64,000 nt of DNA. Origin: Cycas panzhihuaensis (Eukaryota; Plantae; Cycadophyta). The stretch covers positions 212,543,741-212,607,740 of the forward strand of contig CM041465.1 of NCBI GenBank assembly GCA_023213395.1, read 5' to 3'. The position numbers were made by a program, and so were the translations under genes. The notes beneath the pieces are model-generated. The model worked only from the letters and a program-made list of their open reading frames with translations, was not told the origin of the DNA and ran no database searches. Below, one piece after another: positions 12,521 to 25,565 of this stretch (its first letter is position 1; each line of letters opens with the position of its first letter).

Positions 12521-14732
12521 TGGATAGGAAAGCTTTGATTCCAGATCTTCAATATGGAAAAGAGATGACAAAGAAACAAATAGAGGTGATGACAATATTT
12601 GGTATTAAATAAAGTTGATCATTAACTTATTACAAGCGAATATTGACGCTTAAAGAAAAGGATGTAAGTAATAAATTCATTAACATTTAAACGTAGATTA
12701 CTATTAATCAAGAAGGAATTTTGTAAGTAATATACAAATATAAACCCATTATTATTCAATTATTGATTTCCATTGATCAAAATTTAATCAATCATTGAGA
12801 AAATTAATTTAAACAAGTGAGTAGATTCATGTTTACATTAAGTTTTTTATCAATAAGTGATAAAATAGTAATTTTTAATTAAATATTAATAAATTACATG
12901 AAATATTTTAAAAATTATATGAAAAGTAGTGTAATTAAGTAATGCATTTGATAGATAATTTAATGTTTATTAGATTGAAACCATAAAATTGAAATATTAT
13001 AAAGAAATTTATAGAAGAAATCATGTACCTTAACTTACTAGGTTATGATAGAAGACTTGACTTCAGATAAGATTTTTTTCAGTCAAAATGGCATCCAAAT
13101 AGATTGAATGACTAGTTGATATATCCGTGTTTGAATCAGGAATCCAGTGTGTATTTTTGAATCAAATTTAGACTCCATATGATAAATTTATAGTAAAAAA
13201 AGCATAGGTACCCCTTTTTGAAAAATTAAAAAAGAAGAAGAAGAAGATAGGGGTTAAGCCTCTTTTAAATTTGAATTGAGGTCATATGGGAGTCTAATAT
13301 GACTAAGGGGATAGCAAGTAGGGGCCTAGTGCTAGGCAGACCTAAATTAAAATTATAATATAGTCTAATTAAAGGTGAACATTAGAAAAAATAATAATAA
13401 TGAAATAAAGGATCAATGGTGGCAGACCCAAAAAAAGAATAAAGGGAATTAAAATATTTTTGTGAATGCAAAAATAATTTTTGGAATTTAAATAAGGATT
13501 AACATCTGGAGTTTTATAAACCATAATTCTTAGGGTTTCACATTATTTTTCCCAAAAATTTTATAATTGTGAGAGCTAATGTTCAATTCCTTTTACAGGT
13601 TTACGTGAGAACTGGCATTTGATTCCTACATCTTTGTGTATATGTAGGATTTTCTTCTCATACCATGTCAAAGTTGCCATTTTCTACATGGGAATCTTTA
13701 TATGCATTTGTATGTAAGTCTATGTAATGGTAATATTCTTTCAACTACATCTTCATCTCTGTGTGTGGGCTTCTTTTAGTGGCCTTCTTCGTGTGTAGGG
13801 TGTATGACAACCTAGATTTTAAATCTTGTAGATGCTTCTAGATTATTATTTTAGGGCTAATTCACTATAATATTTAATGGTGTCTCCTCCACCTATAATT
13901 CTTGCAGGTCCTCTAGTGAAAATACATGAAAACCATTATTTTTTGGCTTCTCTTGTCACAATAAGATTTTCTATTAGTGGAGTCAAATATTATTCCTTTG
14001 AAAGTAGTAAACATTGGCTAGGAACAGATAGATAATACTTAATTTCTATGAGAGATTGTATGCTTTTGGTAGAGAAAAATTTGTTTTGTTATTTGAAGGT
14101 TTAAATTTTTTTTTTTTTTGGTAGGTATTCAGCAGCTACATAGGATGGGTTATAATTCTACTAAGGAAATAGTACCAAAATAGAAGAGGTTCTACAGGGT
14201 TTGAATTCTGATGAGAAAGAAAGAGATAGTTAAGCCATGGTAAGCATCTGTAATAGGGTTTTTGATGCCCTAATGCATATTTATATTTTTATAAATATTC
14301 TAGTCTTTAGATACTATGAATTATACAATATGTTTATATAAATGTGAAAACTATGAATACTTTTGGATTTTTAATAAAGTATATTTTTGATTTTATTTAT
14401 CTAAAAAGAAAATTATATATTATTATATAAGGGGGTTTGATAAAAATTTATTAGTATTTCTACTTTAGATTCTATTATTTCTATTTCAAATTTGATAACA
14501 TTCTGTTAAATAAATACCCTACTCTCATACCATATTAGAGAGAGGGTTAAAAATCATTTACATACATAGAATATATTATTAAAATGAAACATAAAATATA
14601 ATCACAATAATATCTTAGGAAACTAGATATAGATAGGTGGAAAAACCCCCTAGTGGGGATAAAAAACCACCTCAAATAATATATACATATATATATTATC
14701 ATACATTATAGGTGTGAGGATCTTATCCTCTC

Positions 14733-17700
14733 TATTGAAATATGTGACTATACTGCCTAATGTAAAGTGGACCTCCTATTTTTATGCCTAATTATGTGGT
14801 GGAAGCTTCTCGATTGTAGTGACCTAATGGATATAAATGTACTTATATTTGGCACTTTAGATCTATAAATATAGATCAAAGTTCATCTTTATGTATCATC
14901 ATTTTGTCATAATGTAATTGTTATTCATTTGTGGGTTTTCACTCGTAAGGGTTTCCCATGACAATATGGTGTCCTGTGCAATCTACTTCTGCTTGTTATC
15001 TGCCTAATGTGAAAGATCATATCAACCTTGTTTGCTTTAGTTATGTTTTCTAACATGGTATCAGAGCATGTAGGTCATGCACAGGTAGGTGAATATTGTC
15101 GATGGTCCAATCGATGGTGCTAGGTCATGCTAGCTTACCCTTTGTAGATTGGCAGGCTTGATAACCTTGAAGAGCAGCCATGAAAGTGTAGATGATCGCT
15201 GAGGATCTTGACATCCTTCTTTCCATTGTTTATAGGTACTATGAGCTACATGGAGGTGTGTGGATGAGTGTTGACTCCATTGCCAACCATGTGAGAGTCA
15301 TTTGACCTTGCTGAAGGTGTCAGATCCCTATTTGAAGTTGCCATAGAGTTTGGATGTCATAGTGATGATTGCTAGCCCCTATTGCCAGTGGGAGAGTGCA
15401 GAAAACCTAGCGAGCTATTGCAATGTCGTAAAATAACAATATTACAGTCAATTTAGAGGTATGCTTAATATATATTTATCACCCGTTGAATTTAGGATTT
15501 GAATAAATGTATTTTTGCCTCCCATCATATATCTTCTATGTTGCACCATATCATATATTTATATCACCGATGATATATGCTACGTAATGATCGAATTATC
15601 TCTCTGCGTAGTGATATGTCTATCAGTCAAGTATAAATATATCTGTTATATGGTCTGTGGGATGATTTTGATTTAGTTGTTAAAGTATATGAGAGCCGCC
15701 CATGAATACCTTGCATAGCCATGATGATTTATTCTGCAGCTCATCATTTACATGAGTTATATGGTGTATATGAGTCACCTTTGCCCTACCTCGATACTGT
15801 AAGGTCAGCATTGATCAATATTATGCTACCGGTTGATGTCTATGAGGTTGCCCATGTTGTGTATGTGTTTTGTTACCCTTTAGAGAATAATATTGCAGCC
15901 ATGGATAATATATTTATGTCACCATGTCTGTATTATTCTTTGAGACACCCTCGATGTAGTTGCTAGTTTGCATATAAACTTAGTAGTCGTGATAGTATAA
16001 AACTGCCCATATGATTAAAAGTGCCACTGCTTTAATTACAATCATTTGATTGATTAAAGCTGCCATTGATTTTTATCACTATCCGTGATTATCTTCTGTA
16101 TGTCATGGTCGTGTGATAAAATTACTAGTTGGTTAAGTGAGCACCCTTGCATGATCATATTGCAGTCATTGCCCATGAGTATGATCTCAATCATTTGAGT
16201 TATATGTAGTCACCCATACTTATACAGGTCATCGTCTCTATACTGTTCATGTTATTAGATCATTGTTAGGAGAACATTGTTTTGGCACTAGGATTTACAG
16301 CAAAATGGAGTTCTCCTCTAGTTTGTACCCTAATTCAGAGTCTTACTGTTTGGAGTCGCAGCGTATTTATTTTTTATGCCCTGTGTATAGTTGCCAATGA
16401 ATGTGTTTTTAATCTGTGTGTTGTCGAGCCACCATCATTTACTTATTTGTCAGAGATATTTTAAGTGGCATTTGATGTCTATAAAGTTGTTGCCCAGATT
16501 TCAAATTTTCAGGCGTGACATACTCAAGTCCAAGTCGCCCACATAATAGTCATTATGGTTAAAATCTTTCAACGGCATTTGAATATTTTTTATTTGCCTT
16601 TTTATCTTATAATATTTTCATTATCAAGTCATGGCCCTTTGACATTTTATTTATTCACTATTTGACATCAATATAAGGTGTATTAAATTCATCCGTACAC
16701 ATTTTGATTAAGGTTATTTTTTGATGATATCTTAAATCATCATGACACCTTATTATCAAAACCTTTCTTCACATATGTTGATTCTTGATTTGGAGATTTA
16801 TCAACTCATTTGAATGGAATTAATGAGTCATTGTCATATCAAGTAATTGGTTGATTTTCATTCATTGTTGTACTTTAATCAAGAGGACATATTGTCATGA
16901 TCATCAGAAAGGTTTGTATATGGTATAGACATTAATGACAAAGGGGTGACTGTATGGAGACGAATTGATGCTCTCTAGCATGTCGTTACATGTGAGAGCA
17001 TTGGTGGTGAGATGAGGTGACATTATGCTCCTTGAGTGTGAGTTACATAAAGGAGTTCTACAGGTGAAGAAGGATGAGTATAAGGTCGATTGTTGATGGG
17101 CAAGATTAGGTGTGAGATGGGCGAAGTGGCAGCTGGTTATAAGGGTAATGTTTAGTGAAAAAGGGCAATGTTTGATGAATAGGTTGAGGGCAATGTTGGG
17201 CATCATGTTACCTCCTTGAATGTGTTTTACATAAGAGAGGTTTGATAGACTGGTTGAGAGAAGGTTTTAAGAGTGAGTTTGATGGGCATGATAATGGGTG
17301 AGTTTGGGCAAAGAAGAGAAAGAGAATGTTTAAGATACATAAATTATAACTTATTACAAACTCTATTACTGTTTGAGTATGGCATTGATCATTGCACAAA
17401 ATTAGTAAAATTTATATTATTATTTAATGAAATAGGTGTGATTTATTAATGGATTACATTCGAGTTCAGTTGCATCAAATGTGTATGAGGTGATAAGGTT
17501 TAGAATTTTCTTATATGATTGTCATTTATGATGGACCATTATACTTTGATAGTTAGACTGATGATAGCATGAGGTTTGTGGCCTTATTTGATGCTAGTTC
17601 AACATGGATGTATATCTAAACAAGTATGATATGGAACTAAAGTAAAGTGCTTAATGGAATTGAAGTGTAAATGGAAAGGTCTAACATGATAAGCCTTAAA

Positions 17701-19181
17701 ATTAGTTATGCCTTTGTTATGGTATAGTACAATTGGCCTGTCAAGTTGTATTACAGGTGAGTATCATGATGCAGATGGTGAGGTTGGTGCATGTTGTGGT
17801 TTGCCTCCCATGGTTTGTTGGCATAAGCTATAGCAAATAGGTATGGGTACCCCTTTGGTGACTATTCATGGCATAATTTCCTCTCATGTGTTTAGTGTTT
17901 GGTCCAGGTTAGAAGCATTCCATTCATTTCCTTTGGTGCATTGGAGTGCACACATCTTAGATGAAGATTGCAGCAATAGGATTGCAAGCATTTGAAGCTT
18001 ATAGAGTTATTTAGCTTACAAATAGTGTGATCTGTAGGGGAAATGCATTGTGATTAGTCTAGATGTTATAGAGTTGTTGATGTATCATGCTGAGTATCAT
18101 TTGGTTACAGGTTTTATCCTTCATTACTTCACTTTTCTGAGTCATCGTTCAGCAGGTGTGGAGGTTTATTTGCCTAACATTATTCTTGAGATGGGAGTAG
18201 AATTTAGTGATAGATTTATGATGAGGAGTTGTTAGTTGAGTAGACATGGATTGCAACCCTATGCTCCATTGACAATTAAAAACCTATGGGATGATGGAAG
18301 ATCATGGATCAGCATGCTAGTCAAAACTTTGGATAGATACCAATGTTCTAGTGAGTACATAGTCACGATGGAGAGTTGTATCGAAGCAATGCACTTGGTC
18401 TGTTTGTAAACTGGTAAGCTTGTTTCACAGGTGATCTATACTAGGAAGAAGGATTAAGGTATTTTGAGATATTTAGCACTAGTCTCTATGTTTATGGTCC
18501 ATTTGATCATTACTTTAGCAGCTTTAGATAGTTGGGTATCATATCGTATCATATCAATGTTCCTTAATGAAGACTTGAAGAGGAGATTCACATGGCTTAA
18601 GTGGCTCATCCTCTTGGTTTAGTTAGAGGAATTTGGCTAAGTTAAATGGATGAAGTATCAGGTGCAGAGAGAGTTGTATGTTTGCAGGTCTGTTGGAGTA
18701 TTTCCAAAGAATTGAGCACATAAGAGGCATGGCAATGTTACATCCGAGTCAAGATCACTACATCGATGTTTGTGCATATTAGGTTGAGTAAGGTTATCCT
18801 TAAGAGGGGATTTATTCCCAATGATAATCCTTGTTGCCCCACATTTACATTAAGAGGGGATGTTGAAATATGTGACCATATCATAATGTAAAGTGGGCCT
18901 CCTATTTTTATGCCTAATTATGTGGTGGAAGCTTCTCGATTGTAGTGACATAATGGATGTAAATGTACTTATATTTGAAACTTTAGATTTATAAATATAG
19001 ATCAAAGTCCATCTTTATGTATCATTATTTTTTCATAATATAATTATTATTCATTCGTGGGTTTTCACCCGTAAGGGTTTCCCATGATAATATGGTGTCC
19101 TGTGCGATCTGCTTCTGCTTGTTATCTACTTGATGTGAAAGATCCAATCGATCTTGTTTGCTTCAGTTATGTTTTCTAACA
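14733..19181 (+). mobile_element. LTR element D (Copia-derived, probably non-autonomous, 4.45 kb) nested in the 5' LTR of C
   Basis: LTRs 14733-15055 and 18861-19181; perfect PBS tggtatcagagc 15056-15067; PPT aagagggga 18852-18860; TSD ctctc at 14728-14732 and 19182-19186. Only faint pol traces (FLNEDLK ~18560, HIDV ~18760). Confidence 0.92.
15056..15067 (+). promoter_or_regulatory. Primer binding site (initiator tRNA-Met) of D
   Basis: TGGTATCAGAGC immediately after the LTR-terminal CA. Confidence 0.95.
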
Positions 19182-19589
19182 CTCTCTCTTGACAATGCTA
19201 GCCTGACCTACGCACAGCCTCTACCTCATCAGATAAACTTTGACCAACCTCCTAGAATCTAGGAGGAGATTTATAAGGAAGATGAAAGGTTTGTTGAAAT
19301 AAGTAGTTTGCCATTTCAACAAACTACATAATTAGGTATAGTATAGTAATATTAATAGAATAATTTTTACAAAGCTAATATTTTGACAAGATAACTTTAA
19401 TGAAGAAGATAACATTATTCTAACAATTATTATCAGGTTTATAAATTCCTTTTATAGAGTGCTAAGTATAATGTAATGACTTATTTTGTATCTAAGGAGA
19501 GCATGTACTTGTCCTATGGTTTTTTGATATAGATAGCCCAACTTATATATGTTATGGACTAAACATATCAAATTCTTATTGAAAGAAAT

Positions 19590-22500
19590 TGTTGTAATCC
19601 AAAACACCTTTTAGTTGGCCAACTTTTATACTAGTATTCTAGTTAACTTATATGTAGTCTTAATTACCAGTAATTTTCTAGTTTTGGCTAACTTCCTTAA
19701 GGAGATATTAGTTGGCTATATATAGGATTCTAGGGCCTTATTCCCAAGCATCTCAGTGAAATACTTTTTGATATGTACACAGTCCTAAATTTGAAAATTG
19801 CTTGGTCATTTTGGTTAGTTATTTTTGGAGATTTCCTTGTCTCAAAGAGGGAAGTTTACTTCATCAATTCAACTTGTATACTTGTTACATTTTACCTAAA
19901 TATTTTAAAGAAATATCTTCATTAGTTGTAATATTTTTGGTATATTATTAGTATTACTCATCACTACCATTTACTATCATTTCCAATAGAGTTATTATTT
20001 TTTAAGAGATTTCCAAGGAAATTTTAAGATATGTAAAGTTGTTACTTCAAGTGATATTAGAGCTTCATTAAACCTATCCTTAGGAGAATTATCCAAGGAG
20101 GAAGAAAATTCTCCTCCCCCTCCTCTCCCCTCCCCACCCCCCGACGCACACACACACCAAAAAAAGAAAAAATAAATATTCTTTCCCTCCTATCCCACCC
20201 TTTTCTTGAACTTTTCTAGTTCTCCAAATGGAGTTGAGATCTAAAAAAATTCTATAATAGGATAGGATGGTGAATCAATAGTCAATAATAAATGAAGAAG
20301 TAGGAAATAAAGAAGAAGAGACATTTACCAAAATGTCTGAGGAAATCATTAAATCTCTTAGAAACATTTAGGCCTCTCTTGATACCTTTACTAAGGAATT
20401 AGACTTATAAGAGGGAGAAACATTAGGGATAAAGAAACTACAAGTCTTTCAGGAAGTTGATGAAGAATACCAAGACCAAGGTGATCAAGGGGAGGATTAA
20501 CAAAGGAATCAAAGAAAATATAATGGGATAACTTATAAACAATGAAATTAGAAGATAGAGCAGGTAAACCATGGTATGAAAAGAACTAAGTTCACGCTAA
20601 AAAAATTTAACATAGATAGATCACGAGATATTCAAAGCTAGCTATTAAAAATAGAGATATACTTTAAAATGTATGCACTATCAAAAAAGACAAAATATCA
20701 ACAATATATCTCCACTTATATGGAAGAGCATTAAAGTGGTTCTACAAGTGGTGAAAGACTAGCACATGCACACATAGAACATGGGAATACCTAAAAGTGG
20801 GCTTAATTAGCTAGAATGAAGACTCATGGAACATCAACTATTTTTCCTAGATGACATGTTTATAGCAAAATGGATTAATATAAGAATATGTGGAATAATT
20901 TTAGAGCCTCTAATGTCTAATCTCAAAATAGATTCTAGTAGATTATTTTATGGAAACTTATATCAATGGCTTGAAAGGATAAATTAAATTCTAAATAAAA
21001 TTGATGAATCTAGAAATTATTTAGGAAGTAATTAAGTTAGCAAAAAACCATTCAAGTAGAATTTAGGAAAGGCAAATCCACTTATATCTGTAGAAATGAA
21101 CCAAATGCATACTAATACCATGGGTCTAATCTAAATTATACCCAATTAGGAACAAAAACTAATCCCCCATTAGTAATAAGGAATACAAATAAAACCAATA
21201 GAACATCGAAAGAAGAACGCCTTGAAAGAGAAATGTGTTTCAAATGTGGGGGGAAATGGAATATAGAGCACTAGCATCTAGTAAAGAAAATATTCATAAT
21301 AAATAATAAGAACATGGAGATTCTAGAAGAAGAAGGAGAAAATAACCAAAGTCCAAAAGAAGGAGATGAGTGAAATGAACTTTTGGGAGTAGATATAGAA
21401 AATATGTAAATCTCTTTACATGTTATTATAGGACATCATCTCACTTATCAAACTCTCTGATTTTAAGGAATGATCAAAGGAACTCTAGTGGTAATCCTAG
21501 AAGATAGTGGGACCACCCATAATTTTATCAATTAAGCCACAACGAAGAAATTAATATTAGTGATACAACCATTAAATACTTTCCAAGTTTTGATCACAAA
21601 TGGGAAATAATATAATGAGGAGGATATTAAAAGTCAATGAAGTTGCAAATTGATGAATACTCAGTAACCACATGCATGTTAGCAATGCCGATAGGAGAAG
21701 GAGATGTGGTCTTAGGCATTCAATGGTTACAGACCTTGGAATATAATCATTAATTATATGACACAATTCATGTGTTTTTATCAAAACAGATGTAAATATA
21801 GATTACAAGCATCAGTTACACCTTTGGTACAATTAATATCTTCACACTGTATGGAGAAAATACTAAAGAAAAATTCATTAGTATTCATACTAACATGATA
21901 TAAAATAGTAATGGAAGATGCACCTTTAAAAGTACAAGTAATTATAAAGGAACACAACTTAGTATTTGAGGAACTACAAGGGCTTCCTCCATAATGTGAC
22001 TATCAACATGCCATTGAGTTAGTACTAGGAGAAATTCTAGAGAATATATGACCATACAAGTATCCATACCATCTGAGAAAAGAAATTAAAAAGATCACTT
22101 GGGAACTCCTACTCTAAGGACATATCATAAATAGTATAAGTCCATTTGCATCCTTAATAGTGGTAAATCTAAAGAAGGATGGATCATACGTAATGTTTTT
22201 AGATTATCAAGGACTAAATAAACTAATGATAAATAATTATTACTCAATCCCTTAGATAGATGATTTACTTGATGAAATCCATAGAACAAGGTACTTTTCA
22301 AAAAATGTCTTAAGATCTGGATACTATCAAATATGTATAAAAGAGGAGAATATCTACAAAACAATATTCCAGACCCATGAGGGATTATTTAAATTCAAGG
22401 TCATTCCTTTTGGATTAACAAATGCTCTAGAAACATTCCAAAGCACCATGAATTCCATATTCAGATAATTCTTGTGAAAGTTCACACTAGTCTTTTTTGA

Positions 22501-25141
22501 TGATATTCTAATATATAGAAAAATATAGAATGAACATCTAGACCACATCAACATAGTTCTACAAAATTTAGAAGAAAATCAATTCTATGCACACATAAAG
22601 AAGTGTACATTCAGAAAAGAAGAAATCAAATATTTGGGCCACATTATCACAAACGATGGCATTAACATCATCAATTAGCCAACATCGATGAATATAACTA
22701 GCATCTCAAGTTTTTTAGGAATAGTAGGGTTCCTTCAAAAGTTCATTAAGGCATATGCCCATATCGTATCCTCCTTAATTAATGTTATAAATAAGGACAC
22801 TTTTAGATAGAATTCATTAGAAGAAGAAATATTCCAAGAACTCAATATACTTATGGTCACGACACTAATCTTGGCAACACCAAATTTCTCCCAACCATTT
22901 ATCTTAGAATGTGATTCTTTAAGGTTTGGAATTAGGGCAATCTTGATACAAGAAGAGTGACCAATAGTGTATGAGAGTAGGAAACTAAATAATAAAGAGA
23001 AGCTTAAACCAATATATGATAAAGAAATGCTAGAAACCATGCATGTTATCCAATAATGGTACTAATATCTATTGATAAATAAATTTATAGTTAGGACAGA
23101 TCACGATAGCCTTCAGTAGTTTCTAAACCAAAAAATATTATTTAATAAACAACAAAAATTAATTAACAAGTTATAGACTTTTGACTTTAGTATTATGTAT
23201 AAATGAGGTAAAGAGAATATCATAGTAAATGCATTGTCAAGAATACTAGAAGAGAATGATAGGGAGATATCCTTCAAAATAATAATAGTAGCCACCCCAA
23301 GTTGGATTCAAGAATTAGTTAAAGAATACAGGGTTGACCCATTATCATAATATATATTAGAAGAAATATGAGCCCAAAAGACTTTAAGGTTTGAAACACT
23401 AGGGGACTTAATTCTACAAAAAGGTAAGATATTTATTCCAAAGACATCTAAAATAAAAATAACTTTATTAGAAGAAGCCTATTTGACACCTATAGTAGGT
23501 CACATAGGAATAGATAAAACATATCAAAGTTATAAAACTCTTTTTATTAGATAAGAATGAAGGTAGATGCCTTTAAAATATTATTAGAATGTGACATCTA
23601 CCAACACAACAAAAGTGAATATATAAAGAGCTAAGGATTGCTATAACCCCTGCATATCCCACATAAAAAATTGGAAGAAATTTCTATGGACTTTATCACG
23701 GGACTTTAGGGGTATACAAATAACAACAAAAGTAAGTCAAATAGCTGAGGTATATATGAAAGAGATAGATCACTTACATGGGTTTCCTAAAATCATAATT
23801 AGTGATTAAGGCTTAAAATTCACAAGCTACTTTTGGTAAGATCTATTTAAATTAGTAGGAACAAAGTTAAACATGAGTATAGCTTTTCAACCATAGATAG
23901 AGGGGTGGACAAAAGTAGTAAATAAATGTCTGGAGGGATACCCATAAAAATTTTTATTATATAAACAAAATTAATGGCATAAATGGATTCGCTTAGTAGA
24001 ATAGTGGTATAATACTAACTACCATATGAGAATAAGGTTGACACTATTCTAGGTGCTATACAGATATGAACCTACATCTATACTTAATTAGGAAAAAGTA
24101 TCACAAGTGCAATCCACCTATGAATAATAAGAGCAAGTAGAATAAATAGTTCAAATACTAAAGGATAATTTGGAGACTATGAAAAATAGAATGAAGTAAT
24201 AAGTAGATATGAAAGGGTCGGAAAGGAATTTTGAAATAGAGGACTACGTCTTCCTAAGGTTTAAACCCTACCAACAAGCATCAATGTAATAGGTAAACAA
24301 ACAAAAACTATCACCACAAATTTTTAGACCATATCAAGTTAGTTAAAGAATTGGGGAAGTAGCCTATCGATTAATAGTACTACTAGGAAGCAAAATCCAT
24401 AACATTATTCATGTATCATATCTTAAGAAGAAAATAGAAGAAAAAATATCACCCCAAATGATAATCCCTAAGCTTGTAAAAGAATGGAAAATGATCAGTA
24501 AACCAAAAGGGAACATACAAATATGGACAAGAGAGTTACAAACTAAGAAAGTTAAAGAATACCTCATAAAATGGAATATACTAGATTTAGAAGATGCAAC
24601 TGGGGAGTGTGAAGAATGGATTCAACAACATCTAAAATTACCTATGCTTTGAGGGTAATGTATGCTTTTAAGGGGATGGACTTATTGTAATCCAAAACAC
24701 CTTCAAGTTGGCTAATTTCTATTCCAATATTCTAACTGACTTACATACAAACTTTATTCCTAATATTTATCTTCTTCTTGCTAGCTTACTTAAGGAGGTA
24801 TTAGCTAGCTGTATATAGAATTCTAGGGCCTCATTCCCAAGCATCTCAATGAACTATGTCTTTTCATTTACTTGGCCCTAAATCCATAAATTTCTTGGCA
24901 CTTTTAGATAGTTTCTTTTTGAGGTTTCCTCACCTTGAAGAGGGAAGTTTACTTCATCAATCTAGCTTGTATACTTGTGACTTTGTAGCTCAGTCCTTTA
25001 AAGAAATATCTTCTAAGATGTAATATTTTTGGTACATTATTAACATTACTCATCACTGTCATTTACTATTATTTCTAGTAGAGTTGTTATTTTTCAAGAG
25101 AATTCTAGGGAAATTTTGAGACATGCAAAGTTGTCACTTCT
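19590..25141 (+). mobile_element. Ty3/Gypsy chromovirus E (compact, Reina-like size), degenerate
   Basis: LTRs 19590-20049 and 24683-25141; degenerate PBS tgatattagagc 20052-20063; PPT ~24670-24680; TSD gaaat at 19585-19589 and 25142-25146; domain order gag-PR-RT-RH-INT-chromo. Confidence 0.92.
20230..24652 (+). pseudogene. Disrupted gag-pol of Gypsy E with C-terminal chromodomain
   Basis: CFKCGGKW knuckle ~21235; protease LEDSGTTHNFI ~21500; RT PFGLTNA and VFFDDILIY ~22405-22515; RNase H PFILECDS ~22895; integrase EEISMDFIT ~23675; chromodomain KVKEYLIKW..L..EDATGE (ORF 24458-24652). Confidence 0.9.
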
Positions 25142-25565
25142 GAAATTAATACAAAGTATTAGAAAATTAAATAGTGAAAACCACTTGATAAACCTAAAAA
25201 TAAATGTAGCATTTATAGAAGGACCATTTTAAACTTAAGAATAATATACACCAATATTAATTGCCTTTGTGTAAAATCATATTTAGTCTTTGGTAGGTCA
25301 TGGGATATAGGGGACCAAGTAGTTTTAATTCATAACTTATTGTGTAAATCTGACCAAAAATATTATAGGGTAATGCCCCCTTTATTAATGAAGCATCTTT
25401 ACCTACAATGCATAACATTAGCTTACAACCTCTAAAATAGATTCAAGAAAGTTCTTGAATAAGGTGGATCCAATGCCATAGAGGGTAGCCCTTTTTTAAA
25501 AATGATGCTTCAAGATATAACATATCAGTCTTCCTATCAAAAGACTACACTTCATGTCATGAGTA

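Larger units (their letters stand above)
7798..19425 (-). mobile_element. Full-length degenerate Ty1/Copia element C
   Basis: 3' LTR 7798-8249; 5' LTR 14533-19425 (split by D); PPT 8250-8260; PBS actctcatacca 14521-14532; TSD attac (7793-7797)/attat (19426-19430). Confidence 0.93.

Noticed and set aside
22125-23295. Antisense ORFs over the Gypsy pol, and similar antisense ORFs over Copia pols elsewhere
   Set aside because: These are shadow frames of decayed TE coding sequence with no independent protein features.
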